A stretch of DNA of 64,000 nucleotides, taken from positions 4,951 through 68,950 of the forward strand of contig JACOST010000028.1 in assembly GCA_016178705.1 (NCBI GenBank), read 5' to 3'. Shown here one piece after another: positions 38,047 to 47,600 of this stretch. This DNA is from Deltaproteobacteria bacterium (GTDB taxonomy: Bacteria; Desulfobacterota; Binatia; HRBIN30; JACQVA1). Below the pieces are notes generated by a model. It saw nothing but the letters and a program-made list of their open reading frames with translations, was not told where the DNA came from and searched no databases. The position numbers and the translations under genes are program-made. Every line of letters starts with the position of its first letter. Within the stretch, counting starts at the first letter, position 1.

Positions 38047-38582
38047 GAAGGCGGGCTGCGCCGCGCGCGGATGTGAGAGAAAACCGACGGCGCGGTTTTC
38101 TCTCACGCTCTCTTTCGCGTCCGCTGCGCTCGGCGGAGCCTGCCCTGAGTAGCGAAGCGTATCGAAGGGGGCCGCTGCTCCCTGAGTCGGCCTCACGCGA
38201 ACGCCGCGCGACGACGGCGCCGTGCTGCGATACCAATGCTGGGCTGCTCAACGCCGAGGGTAGCCTCTGGGCTTCTGTGATCCGAGCGTCCCGCGCTCTC
38301 GCGAAGAGGTTCCGATGGCTTCTCTTCTTCTCTTGCCGGGCATCCGACTCCAACTGTGAAGGGAGTACGTGGCCTTCTTGAATCCCCGCAGAGGCCGTCG
38401 CTCGCGTGCAGCACTCGACCATTGGCGTGAACGCGGGGGTCGTCACTCGCCAATCTTTGCGCGAGGCCGTCGCTCAGTGACGCGCCCCATTTGCCCGGCT
38501 CTGAGGCGGGAAAGGAGAGCACGAGAGGAAAACCGGCCGCGGTTTTCCTCTCGTAGGGGCGCGGGGGCGCAAGCCCCGCTTC
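38047..38582. repeat. Segment bounded by about 75-bp imperfect inverted repeats, each with a GAGAG(G)AAAACCG-CGGTTTT(C)CTCTC hairpin (MITE/REP composite)
   Basis: Left 38047-38119 and right 38506-38582 are reverse-complement similar; internal REP cctgagtagcgaagcgtatcgaaggg near 38143-38169. Confidence 0.55.
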
Positions 38583-38647
38583 TAATGATTCCAGAGCGGC
38601 CGTGGCCCTGCTTGCGTCGCTGCCCGGCGGCGCGGTAGCGTCGCTCC

Positions 38648-39925
38648 ATGCCGCGAGTTCGGACGCGGGCGGGGACGCCCGCGCTACCAAGAAGAAAGAC
38701 GACGGGACGATCGCGGCAGTGGCCGGCTGAAGGCAACTGCCGTATCCCGTTCTGGGTCTATTCCGATCCCGCGATCTACGCGCGTGAGCAGGAACACATC
38801 TTTGGCGGCGCGAGCTGGTCGTACGTCGGGCTGACGGCTGAGATTCCCAAGGCGGGCGACTTCAAGCGTACCTTCATTGGCGATCAGCCGGTGGTGGCCG
38901 TGCGCGATGGTGAGGGCGGCATCAATGTCGTCGTCAATCGCTGCGCGCACCGCGGCGTGCAATTCTGCCGCGTCAATTTGGGCAACGCCAGCGAGTTCAT
39001 GTGCCCCTATCATCAGTGGACCTACGATCTGCGCGGCAACTTGATCGGCGTGCCGTTCCGCAAGGGGCTGCGACGGCAGGGCGGCATGCCGGACGACTTC
39101 ACGTTGGCAGATCATTCGCTGCAGCAGTTGCGCGTTGCCGAGCGCCACGGCGTCATCTTCGCCTCGTTTGCCGCGGCGATGCCGTCGCTCGAAGACTACC
39201 TCGGCGCCGCGATGCTCGCGTACCTCGACCGCGTCTTCGATGGCCGCGCGCTGCGCGTGCTCGGCTACATGCGGCAAGTGATTCCAAGCAATTGGAAGCT
39301 GATGTTCGAGAACATCAAGGACCCGTACCACGCCAGCCTGCTGCACGTGTTTCTCGTCACCTTCGGATTGTTTCGTGCGGATCAACCGTCGGCGGTGCAG
39401 ATGGATGACAGCGGCCGCCACGCCGCGCTGATCTCGCGCCGCGGTGAGCAGCCGCCGTCGGCGGGGACGGCGGAGATGAAATCGTTTCTCGCTGACTTCA
39501 AGCTGAACGATCCGACGCTGCTCACGCCGGTGAAGGAATTCCCCGGTGACGCGACCGTCGTGATGCAAACGATTTGGCCGAACCTGATTGTCCAACAACA
39601 ATCCAACACCCTCGCCACGCGCCAGTTGGTCACTCGCGGACCGGACGCGTTCGAGTTGGTGTGGACCTTCTTCGGCTACGAGAGCGACAGCGCGGAGATG
39701 ACGCAGATCCGGTTGCGCCAGGCGAATCTGATGGGACCGGCCGGCCTGGTGTCGATCGACGATAGCGAGATGATGGAGTTCTCGCAGGCCGGAGTGTCGT
39801 CCGCGGACGCCGGCGCCGCTGTGATCGAACTCGGCGGGCGCGACGCCGCCAACACCGACCACATGATCACCGAGACCGCGATCCGCGGCTTCTATCGCTA
39901 CTACCGCGAGGTGATGGGCTTGTGA
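38648..39925 (+). CDS. Rieske aromatic ring-hydroxylating oxygenase alpha subunit (salicylate 5-hydroxylase NagG/AndAc-like)
   Basis: WPAEG..RIPFWVY, NRCAHRG...CPYHQW, ENIKDPYHASLLH, RQANLMGPAGLVSIDD. Confidence 0.92.
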   Translation: MPRVRTRAGTPALPRRKTTGRSRQWPAEGNCRIPFWVYSDPAIYAREQEHIFGGASWSYVGLTAEIPKAGDFKRTFIGDQPVVAVRDGEGGINVVVNRCAHRGVQFCRVNLGNASEFMCPYHQWTYDLRGNLIGVPFRKGLRRQGGMPDDFTLADHSLQQLRVAERHGVIFASFAAAMPSLEDYLGAAMLAYLDRVFDGRALRVLGYMRQVIPSNWKLMFENIKDPYHASLLHVFLVTFGLFRADQPSAVQMDDSGRHAALISRRGEQPPSAGTAEMKSFLADFKLNDPTLLTPVKEFPGDATVVMQTIWPNLIVQQQSNTLATRQLVTRGPDAFELVWTFFGYESDSAEMTQIRLRQANLMGPAGLVSIDDSEMMEFSQAGVSSADAGAAVIELGGRDAANTDHMITETAIRGFYRYYREVMGL

Positions 39926-39958
39926 GTAGTAGGCAGACGGCAGTGGGAGGAAGGGCCG

Positions 39959-40432
39959 ATGGATCGCTACGCGCTGCGCATCGAGATCGATGAACTCTAC
40001 GCCGACTACGTCGCCTGTCTCGATGACGACGAATTGGAGCGCTGGCCGGAGTTTTTCACCGATTCGTGTCTCTACAAGATCGTCCCGCGCGAGAACTACG
40101 AGCGCGACCTGCCGCTCGCGCTGATGATGTGCGAGAGCCAGGGGATGTTGCGTGATCGCGTCGCGGCGGTGCGCAAGACCAGCGTATTCGCCCCGCGCGC
40201 TCTGCGCCATCTGGTCGGCAGCATCCGTATCAACGAAGAGCCCGACGGAGGCCTGCGCGTGCGCGCGAACTTTGTGCTGATGCAGAGCACGATCGACCAG
40301 GGAGTGGCGGTGTTCAACGCCGGTCAGTATCTCGATCGCCTCGTGCGTCTGGATGGACGACTCAAATTCCAAGAGAAACTGTGCATCCTCGACGGCAGCC
40401 TGATTGCCGGTTCGCTCATCTATCCCATCTGA
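39959..40432 (+). CDS. Ring-hydroxylating oxygenase beta subunit (NagH-like)
   Basis: LDDDELERWPEFF, PRENY, GMLRDR, GQYLD, LIYPI. Confidence 0.92.
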   Translation: MDRYALRIEIDELYADYVACLDDDELERWPEFFTDSCLYKIVPRENYERDLPLALMMCESQGMLRDRVAAVRKTSVFAPRALRHLVGSIRINEEPDGGLRVRANFVLMQSTIDQGVAVFNAGQYLDRLVRLDGRLKFQEKLCILDGSLIAGSLIYPI

Positions 40433-40448
40433 GCCCATCGCAATGTGT

Positions 40449-40498
40449 GGGTAAATTTGCGGGCAAATTTGCCGGCAAAATTTGCGGGCAAAATTTGC
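40449..40498. repeat. Four tandem 12-13-bp units built on the palindrome GCAAATTTGC
   Basis: gggtaaatttgc gggcaaatttgc cggcaaaatttgc gggcaaaatttgc. Confidence 0.85.
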
Positions 40499-40502
40499 GG
40501 GA

Positions 40503-40532
40503 TTGATTCGCGCGACGGGGTGCGGTTATGCT
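40503..40532 (+). promoter_or_regulatory. Putative sigma70 promoter of the LLM-hydrolase operon
   Basis: TTGATT-N18-TATGCT. Confidence 0.5.
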
Positions 40533-40563
40533 CCGGCTCGCACGGCCGAAGGGAGACCCAGCG

Positions 40564-41844
40564 ATGAAGTTTACGTGGTTCCATCTGATGCCCTATCGTT
40601 GGCTGCCGACTGACTTTCGCGAGCGCTATCACGGGGTGTGGGTCGACGTGCCCAATCGACTCTACGATCCCGAACGCGGACACGCGCTCTACAACGAATA
40701 CCTCGACATGCTCGAATTCGCCGACCAGTGCGGCTTCGATGCGGTCGGCGTCAACGAGCATCATCAGAACGCGTACGGGATGATGCCATCGCCCAACCTG
40801 ATGGCCGCGGCGCTCACCCGCCGCACCACCAACGCCATGATCCTGGTGCTCGGCAATTCGATCGCGCTCTACAATCCGCCGGTGCGCGTGGCAGAAGAGT
40901 TCGCGATGCTCGACGTGATATCCGGCGGGCGCCTGATCGCCGGCTTTCCGGTCGGTACCTCGATGGACATCAACTATTGCTACGGCCAGAACCCGGCGAC
41001 CGTTCGCGACAAGTATCGCGAGGGGCACGACCTCATCATCAAGGCGTGGTGCGAGCGCGAGCCGTTTGCGTGGAACGGCAAGTACACCAAACTGCGCTAC
41101 GTGAACTTGTGGCCGCGGCCGATCCAGCAGCCGTATCCGCCGATCTGGATTCCCGGCCTTGGCTCGATCGAGACCTGGGACTTCTGCCTCGATCACGACT
41201 ACAACTACAGCTACCTTTCGTTCAGCGGCTACAAGCGCGCGCTCAACATGATGAACGGTTACTGGGAGCATTGCGCGAAGAAGGGCAAGGAGACCAATCC
41301 GTATCGCGGCGCGTTCTTCCAGCAAGTGTGCATCAGCGATACCGATGCGGCGTGCGAACGCGAGTGGTGGCCGCACGTGGACTATTTCTTCAACAAGTGC
41401 TTGCACCTCTATCCCGGGATGGCGGGCGCCCCCGGTTACATGTCGGAAGCGTCAATGCGGGCGGGCGTGGTCTCCCAGGTCGGCAATACCAAGGGCAACA
41501 TGGGGATGGACAAAACGTGGAAGGAACTCGTCGATCAGCGCTACATCGTCGCGGGTTCGCCTGAGACCGTGCGGCAGCAACTGGAAGACCTGACGAAGTC
41601 GCTTCGCATCGGGCACTTGATCCTCGGCATGCAGATCGGCTCGGCACCGATCGATCTGGTGAATCGCTCGACGGAGGTATTCGCGCAGCAAGTGATGCCG
41701 AAATTGCGCCCGATCTGGAATGAGTTCGAAGATCACTGGTGGCCGAAGGCGCTGCCGAGCGCGCGGCGCGTGGCACCCGGCAGCACCAACGAGCCCACCG
41801 CGCGCGCGGCGCTGGTGGCCAGCGGACTGGAGGCGCGGTCGTGA
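40564..41844 (+). CDS. LLM-class flavin-dependent oxidoreductase
   Basis: GFDAVGVNEHH, PVRVAEEFAMLDVISGGRL, PRPIQQPYPPIW, GSPETV. Confidence 0.92.
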   Translation: MKFTWFHLMPYRWLPTDFRERYHGVWVDVPNRLYDPERGHALYNEYLDMLEFADQCGFDAVGVNEHHQNAYGMMPSPNLMAAALTRRTTNAMILVLGNSIALYNPPVRVAEEFAMLDVISGGRLIAGFPVGTSMDINYCYGQNPATVRDKYREGHDLIIKAWCEREPFAWNGKYTKLRYVNLWPRPIQQPYPPIWIPGLGSIETWDFCLDHDYNYSYLSFSGYKRALNMMNGYWEHCAKKGKETNPYRGAFFQQVCISDTDAACEREWWPHVDYFFNKCLHLYPGMAGAPGYMSEASMRAGVVSQVGNTKGNMGMDKTWKELVDQRYIVAGSPETVRQQLEDLTKSLRIGHLILGMQIGSAPIDLVNRSTEVFAQQVMPKLRPIWNEFEDHWWPKALPSARRVAPGSTNEPTARAALVASGLEARS

Positions 41845-42668
41845 GCGCGGATACGGCGAAGTCTCGTATACTGGCGCTCGGCGCCGAGCGCCCGACGATT
41901 GAAGTGCTCGAAGCTGGCAGCGGCGCGCCGTTGCTGTTCCTGCACGGCGCCGGCGGCGTCGCGGCGTGGGCGGGGGTGCTGCCGCTGCTGGCGCGCGAGT
42001 TTCATGTCTATGCACCGCTATTGCCGGGATTCGGTCAGTCCACCGGTCTCGACTATCTCGACGATCAGTTTGATTTGTTTCTGCACGGCTTCGACGTGAT
42101 GGATGCGCTCGGCTTGAACCAGCCGTACGTCGTCGGTGAGTCGATGGGCGGCTGGATGGCGGCGGAGATGGCCGCGCTGCGTCCCGACAAGATCGGCCGG
42201 CTCGCGTTGGCGGCGCCGATCGGGTTGTGGCGCGACGAAGCACCGGTTGCCGACATGTTCGGCATGATGAACCACGAGATGGTGCCGTTGCTGTTTCACG
42301 ACGTCACGTGTCCGGCGGCGCAGGCGATGCTCGGACTGAATGCGCTCATCAGCGACAAGGACGATCGCACCGCCGCGCAGGTCGAGACGCTGATCGCGTT
42401 AGCGCGCGGCGCGCGCACCGCGGCGAAGTTTCTGTTCCCGGTACCGGAGAACGGACTCGAGCGGCGGCTATGGCGCATTCAAGCCGAGACACTGATCGTC
42501 TGGGGCGCCAATGATCGCTTCATCGCGCCGTCGTATGCTGACATCTTCAAGCAGAAGATCCGCAACGCCCAGGTGTTGCAGATCCCCAATGCCGGCCATC
42601 TGCTCGCGCTCGAAGCGTCGGCTGCCCTCGGCAAGGCCTTGTGCGACTGGGGCAAGCGCGAACGTTAG
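41841..42668 (+). CDS. Alpha/beta hydrolase
   Basis: LHGAGG, GESMGG, WGANDR, AGH; GTG overlaps the LLM stop. Confidence 0.9.
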   Translation: MSADTAKSRILALGAERPTIEVLEAGSGAPLLFLHGAGGVAAWAGVLPLLAREFHVYAPLLPGFGQSTGLDYLDDQFDLFLHGFDVMDALGLNQPYVVGESMGGWMAAEMAALRPDKIGRLALAAPIGLWRDEAPVADMFGMMNHEMVPLLFHDVTCPAAQAMLGLNALISDKDDRTAAQVETLIALARGARTAAKFLFPVPENGLERRLWRIQAETLIVWGANDRFIAPSYADIFKQKIRNAQVLQIPNAGHLLALEASAALGKALCDWGKRER

Positions 42669-42711
42669 TCCAAACAAGAGTGGTCCGCACAGCGGACCGT
42701 ACGGAGATCTC

Positions 42712-42735
42712 GTAGGGGCGACGCATGCGTCGCCC
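42712..42735 (+). repeat. Single family A REP
   Basis: gtaggggcgacgcatgcgtcgccc. Confidence 0.8.
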
Positions 42736-42791
42736 GCGAAGTGACGCGAACCGCCGCCACCAAAGGCGGCGAAAGAAAGAGAGGATGCTCT

Positions 42792-43952
42792 GTGACCCCA
42801 ACGATCCACGGAACTTGTGATGCGCGCTTCGCGCCGTTGCGCGACACCTTCGTGCGCAACTTCTCCACCTTCGGCGAGACCGGCGCTGCGCTGTCGATCA
42901 CGATCGACAACAAGCCCGTCGTCGATCTGTGGGCTGGCCACGCCGATGCCGCGCGCACCAAGGAGTGGCGGGCCGACACCATCGTCAACGTCTACTCGAC
43001 CACCAAAGGGATGGCGGCGATCTGCGCGCACCGCTTGGCGGATCAAGGGCGACTCGACTTCGACGCGCCGGTGACGAAGTACTGGCCTGAGTTCGCGCAA
43101 GCGGGCAAGAGCGACCTGCCGGTGCGCTATCTGCTCAGCCACCAAGCGGGGTTGCCGGCGGTGAAGCGCGCGATGGAACCGCACGCGATGTACGAGCCGC
43201 TGAAGATGGCGACGGCGCTGGCGGCGCAGGAACCGTGGTGGCAGCCCGGTACCAAACACGGCTATCACGCGGTGACGTATGGCTGGCTCGTTGGCGAAGT
43301 GGTGAGGCGGATCACCGGCAAGACGCTCGGCACGTTCTTCCGCGACGAAGTGGCGCAGCCGCTCGGCGTCGATTTCCACATTGGCTTGCCGGTGGAACAT
43401 GAGCCCCGCGTCGCACCGCTAATTCTCCCGCCACCGCCGACGGCGGAGCAGGCCGACCTGTTTGCCGAGATCCTCAAGGACCCGGAGTCGATGCTCGCCA
43501 AGGCGTTCATCAATCCGCCAGTGCCACTCGACGCGGTCAACTCGCGCGAATGGCGCGCCGCGGAAATTCCCGCGGCCAACGGGCACACCAACGCCCGTGC
43601 GCTGGCGCGCGTGTACGGTGTGCTCGCGAGTGGTGGTGCGCTCAACGGGACGCGCTTGCTGAGCCAAGCGGCGATTGATGGCGCGCTGATCCAGCAAGCG
43701 GACGGACCCGACGCGGTGCTGCCGCTCCACACGCGTTTCGGCCTCGGCTTCATGCTGTCGACCCCGAAGGAAAAGATGGGTCCGAACCCGCGCACCTTCG
43801 GCCACGGCGGCATGGGTGGCTCGATGGCATTTGCAGACCCCGACGCGCGTCTGGGGTTCGGCTACGTGATGAACGAAATGCACAGCGGCCTGTGGCTGAT
43901 CGACCCGCGCCCGGTGGCGTTGATCGAGGCGCTCTACGCGTCACTGGCGTGA
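42792..43952 (+). CDS. Serine hydrolase (beta-lactamase-related esterase, family VIII)
   Basis: STTK (SxxK), LLSHQAGL, YHAVTYG, FGHGGMGGS. Confidence 0.92.
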   Translation: MTPTIHGTCDARFAPLRDTFVRNFSTFGETGAALSITIDNKPVVDLWAGHADAARTKEWRADTIVNVYSTTKGMAAICAHRLADQGRLDFDAPVTKYWPEFAQAGKSDLPVRYLLSHQAGLPAVKRAMEPHAMYEPLKMATALAAQEPWWQPGTKHGYHAVTYGWLVGEVVRRITGKTLGTFFRDEVAQPLGVDFHIGLPVEHEPRVAPLILPPPPTAEQADLFAEILKDPESMLAKAFINPPVPLDAVNSREWRAAEIPAANGHTNARALARVYGVLASGGALNGTRLLSQAAIDGALIQQADGPDAVLPLHTRFGLGFMLSTPKEKMGPNPRTFGHGGMGGSMAFADPDARLGFGYVMNEMHSGLWLIDPRPVALIEALYASLA

Positions 43953-43977
43953 GCACCGATGCGTTTCGATCAAAGCT

Positions 43978-44125
43978 TTGCGCAAGACGGCCCTCGATAC
44001 GATCGCTTCGCGATCTACTCGGGCAAACGGATATTTGGAGAGATCGTGAAAACAAACCGCTTCCCCGAGTAGTCGCACTGAGTAGAAGCCGAAGGCTTCG
44101 TATCGAAGGGCGGCGCATCGAGGGG
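43978..44125. repeat. About 140-150-bp composite palindromic repeat (CCCTCGATAC...GTATCGAGGG family), copy 1
   Basis: Near-identical to 60708-60843 apart from a variable central spacer. Confidence 0.85.
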
Positions 44126-44164
44126 CTACTTTATGCAGCGCTCGCTCAGAAGGAGGGACAACCA

Positions 44165-44638
44165 ATGACGCTAGTTACCAAGTCGCTGTGCACTGCGACG
44201 ATCACTCTCATTGCGCTCGCCGTCGCCGCCGGCGCGTCGGCCAAAGGACACGGCTCGAAGACCCGCGCGGCAATCGAGGCCGCCAACCAACGCTTCATGG
44301 TGGCGGCTGCTCGGGGTGATGCGACCGCTATAGCGGCGCTCTACACCGCGACGGGAGAAGTGTTGCCTCCCAACGGCGAAACTCGCAGCGGCACCCAAGC
44401 CCTGGAGGCATTCTGGAAAGCCGCGTTGGATGCGGGCGTCAAGCAGGCCAAGCTCGACACTGTCGAGGTGGAAGACTGCGGCGACACGGCCTACGAGGTC
44501 GGGCGGTACAGCATGAGCGGCGCCGATGGGCAGGCGATCGACACGGGAAAGTACATCGTGGTGTGGAAACGGCAGAGGGGTCAGTGGAAGTTGCACCGCG
44601 ATATCTGGAACAGCAACCGCGCGGTGGGCGCGAAGTAG
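44165..44638 (+). CDS. Secreted DUF4440/ketosteroid-isomerase-like protein
   Basis: SD GGAGGG; signal peptide; GDATAIAALY, GKYIVVWKRQRGQWKLHRDIWNS. Confidence 0.85.
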   Translation: MTLVTKSLCTATITLIALAVAAGASAKGHGSKTRAAIEAANQRFMVAAARGDATAIAALYTATGEVLPPNGETRSGTQALEAFWKAALDAGVKQAKLDTVEVEDCGDTAYEVGRYSMSGADGQAIDTGKYIVVWKRQRGQWKLHRDIWNSNRAVGAK

Positions 44639-44665
44639 GCCGCGGCGAATCAAGCGCGATTCATT

Positions 44666-47600
44666 TCAGTCCGCATCCCACGCGACCGCGTGGATTCGCT
44701 GCGGTTCGGTGATGCCCTTGAGCGCTACCTCGCGAGGCGCGCCGAAGCGCGCTGCCGTGTCGCCGGTGGCCGCCTGCAACGCCGCCGACACCAGGATCTC
44801 ACCGCCTTGCGCCGTGCCGGCGATGCGCGCGGCGAGCACGACGTTCTTGCCGAAGAAGTCGTCGGCCTCGCGAATCACTTCGCCGGCGTGCAAACCGATG
44901 CGGACGCGCAACGGCTCGTCCGCATGCCGTTGATTGTAGGCGGTGAACCCTCGTTGCATGGCGATGGCGCAGTGCAGGGCGCGCCGCGCACTCTGGAAGA
45001 CGATCATGAAACCATCGCCTTGCGATTTCACTTCGACGCCGTTGTGGGCTGCGACGTGCTCGCGCACGATCGCGTTATGGGCGCGCAACACGTCGAGCCA
45101 TTTTCGGTCGCCGAGACGCTCGTTGATCACGGTCGAACCCTCGATGTCGCTGAACATGAGCGTGACCGAGCCGTCGCTCGCCGCAACCGAACGCAGATCG
45201 GGGCGGTGGCGTTGCACGTCCGCGGCGACGACCTCGATCGAGGTGGTCATCGTGCCCGACTCCACGCCTTGCGCGCGCAGCTTGAGTGCCAGCGCCATGT
45301 CGAGCCAGCCCTTGAGCCCGAGTTCCTGCGACGTGGCGAGCGCCGCGCCGAGAAGGACGCGCGCCTGCTCACGATCGCCCGGCCCGTCGCGGTCGAGCCG
45401 CATGCGAGCGTAGTCGATCTGCGTGCGCGCTTCCCACGCGCGCGCGCCGAGCCGGCGATCCATCGCCAGCGCGTCTTCGAAGTGCCGCGCCGCGCCCTCG
45501 TAGTAGCGCATGACGCCCGCTAGGTTACCGAGGGCGCGCGTGGCTGCGCCGTAGGTGGTGGCGTGGGCAAAGTGTAGATACAGTTGTTCGTACGGCAACA
45601 GAGTCCGGTACAGCTCTTTCGCACACTCGGAGTCTCGCAGCAGCGTGCAGGTGTCGGCGAGGAGCGCAAGATTCATCAAGTAGTTGCTGTCACGTAAAGT
45701 TGCGAAGCCGGCCTGCGCGATGCGATCGAACTCCGCCCGCGCTTCCGCGTCGCGAGCGAGCTCGGCTAGGTAGCAGGCGAGATGGATGGAGTAGCCCTCG
45801 ACATTCGGGTACAGATCCCGGCCGCGGCGGGTGCCGCGTTCGACCTCGGTCAACCGACCTTGGAAGCGCCGCAGCGCGCCGACCTGCGTAACGAAGACCT
45901 GAAATGCTGCTTCGGGCGCATGCTCTCGTCGCCCCAATGCGGCCTGAATGCACCGTTCCGCTTCATCGAGATGGCCTCGCCACAGAGCGCGGTCAGCCAA
46001 CGTCTGATCCACAATGCGGACGAAGTCCCGTTGTCTGAGCTCGACCGCCAGACGCTGCAAATGAACAAGCTCACGATCCACGCCTTCGCCGTCTCCGCTC
46101 CGAATGCACTCGCGGAGGATGTTGGTCCGCGTGCGGAACTCCTGCTCGCGGTCACCGGTCTCGACAGCCAAACGCAGCGACTCGGTCAACAAGCCCCGCC
46201 GCTCGTCGCTCCGTACCGACAAGCCGAGGAAGAACACGCTGGCTTGCAAATGAATGGCAACCCGGAGCGACTCAGGGTCGTCAATCGAGCGCGCCAGGTC
46301 GATCGCATGCCAGAGTCGAGCATCCCGGTCGTCATTCGTTTCGACCCAACCGCGGACCACCGTGAGCGCGTACAGTATCCGCACGCGCAGCAGGGTGGGG
46401 GCATCTCCGAGTCGCTCCATCGCCTCGTTGAGAGCCTGGCTGCGCTCATCGATCGCGGACATGCTGAAAGGCGTCCCCACATTAATGGCCAGCCCGAGCG
46501 CGGCCCGCGCGAAGAGTTCCGCGTCATCCAGTTCGCGTGCGAGTGCGAGTGCACGCCGATCAGCCTCGTCCGCCTTCGGCACCGAGCCGGAGCAGATTTC
46601 CGCCGTCGCGAGCGCGAGCAGGATCTCGCACCGGCGCCGGCCGTCGACGGTCGTGCCGACCTCAAGAGTCTGCAACGCCCGCTCGTAGTGGTTGGCGGCT
46701 TCCTCGAAGGCGAGCAGGGCGCTCGCGCGCTCGGCGGCGCGCACCGCGTAGTCGACGGCCTTGCCGACGTCGCCGCCGGGCGCGGCCTCGCAGAAGTGAT
46801 GCGCCAGCTCGGCGAGATGCGGCTCGGGCTTGGTGCCGTAGAGCGCTTCGAGCACCTCGGCGGCGCGGCGATGTGAGCGAATGCGCTGGGCAGTGCGCAG
46901 CTCGCCGTAGAGCGTCTCGCGGATCAACGCGTGCGAGAAGCGGTAACGGCCGGCAACCGGCGGCAGCGGGGCGATGATGCGTGCGGCTTCGGCTTCATCG
47001 AGCGCTTCGGCAACTGCGTCGACGGACAATTCACTGACGCCGGGGAGCACGCGCAGCTCGAACTCACGACCGAGTACCGCCGCGATCGTCAGCACCTGGT
47101 TGCAGCGTTCGGAGAGCGTGCTGAGTCGCCGGCCAATCACTTGCCGGACGCCTTGCGGAATCTCGACGCTCCACGATGCCACGGTGTCGGCTCGATCGAG
47201 ACGCCCGTCCGACTGTAAGAGGCGCACGACCTCGGTGATGAAGAAGGGATTGCCTTCGGTCTCGCGGTACACCGCCTCTACGAGTGCAGGTGGTGGTGTA
47301 CGGCCGGCGGTCAACTCGATGAAGCGCGCCACGTCGTCGCCGCTCAAACCGCGCAACAGCACACGTTCGCCGCGCTGATTGCGTACCAATTCGGCGAGCG
47401 TCTGTTCCAGCGGATGCTGGCGGCCGAGCTCGACGTCGCGATAGGTCCCCATCAGCAGCAGACGGGCGTCGCCGATTTCCCGCGCCAGGAATTCGAGCAA
47501 CAGTAACGACGGCTTGTCCGCCCAATGGAGATCGTCGAGCACGACGACCAGCGGTTTGGCGCGCGATGCGTTCCTGAGAAACGTGGTGACGCTTTCGAAC

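Noticed and set aside
38000-38052. Two ...GTTGAA(T/G) segments vaguely like CRISPR repeat ends
   Set aside because: No repeated 25-40-bp unit, no regular spacers and no cas genes
37946-38690. ORFs 37946..38446, 38073..38381 and 38193..38690
   Set aside because: They run through repeat hairpins, have no recognisable motifs and no clear RBS
40449-40498. Tandem array as a CRISPR or replication iterons
   Set aside because: Units are only 12-13 bp without spacers, and no rep or cas gene is nearby
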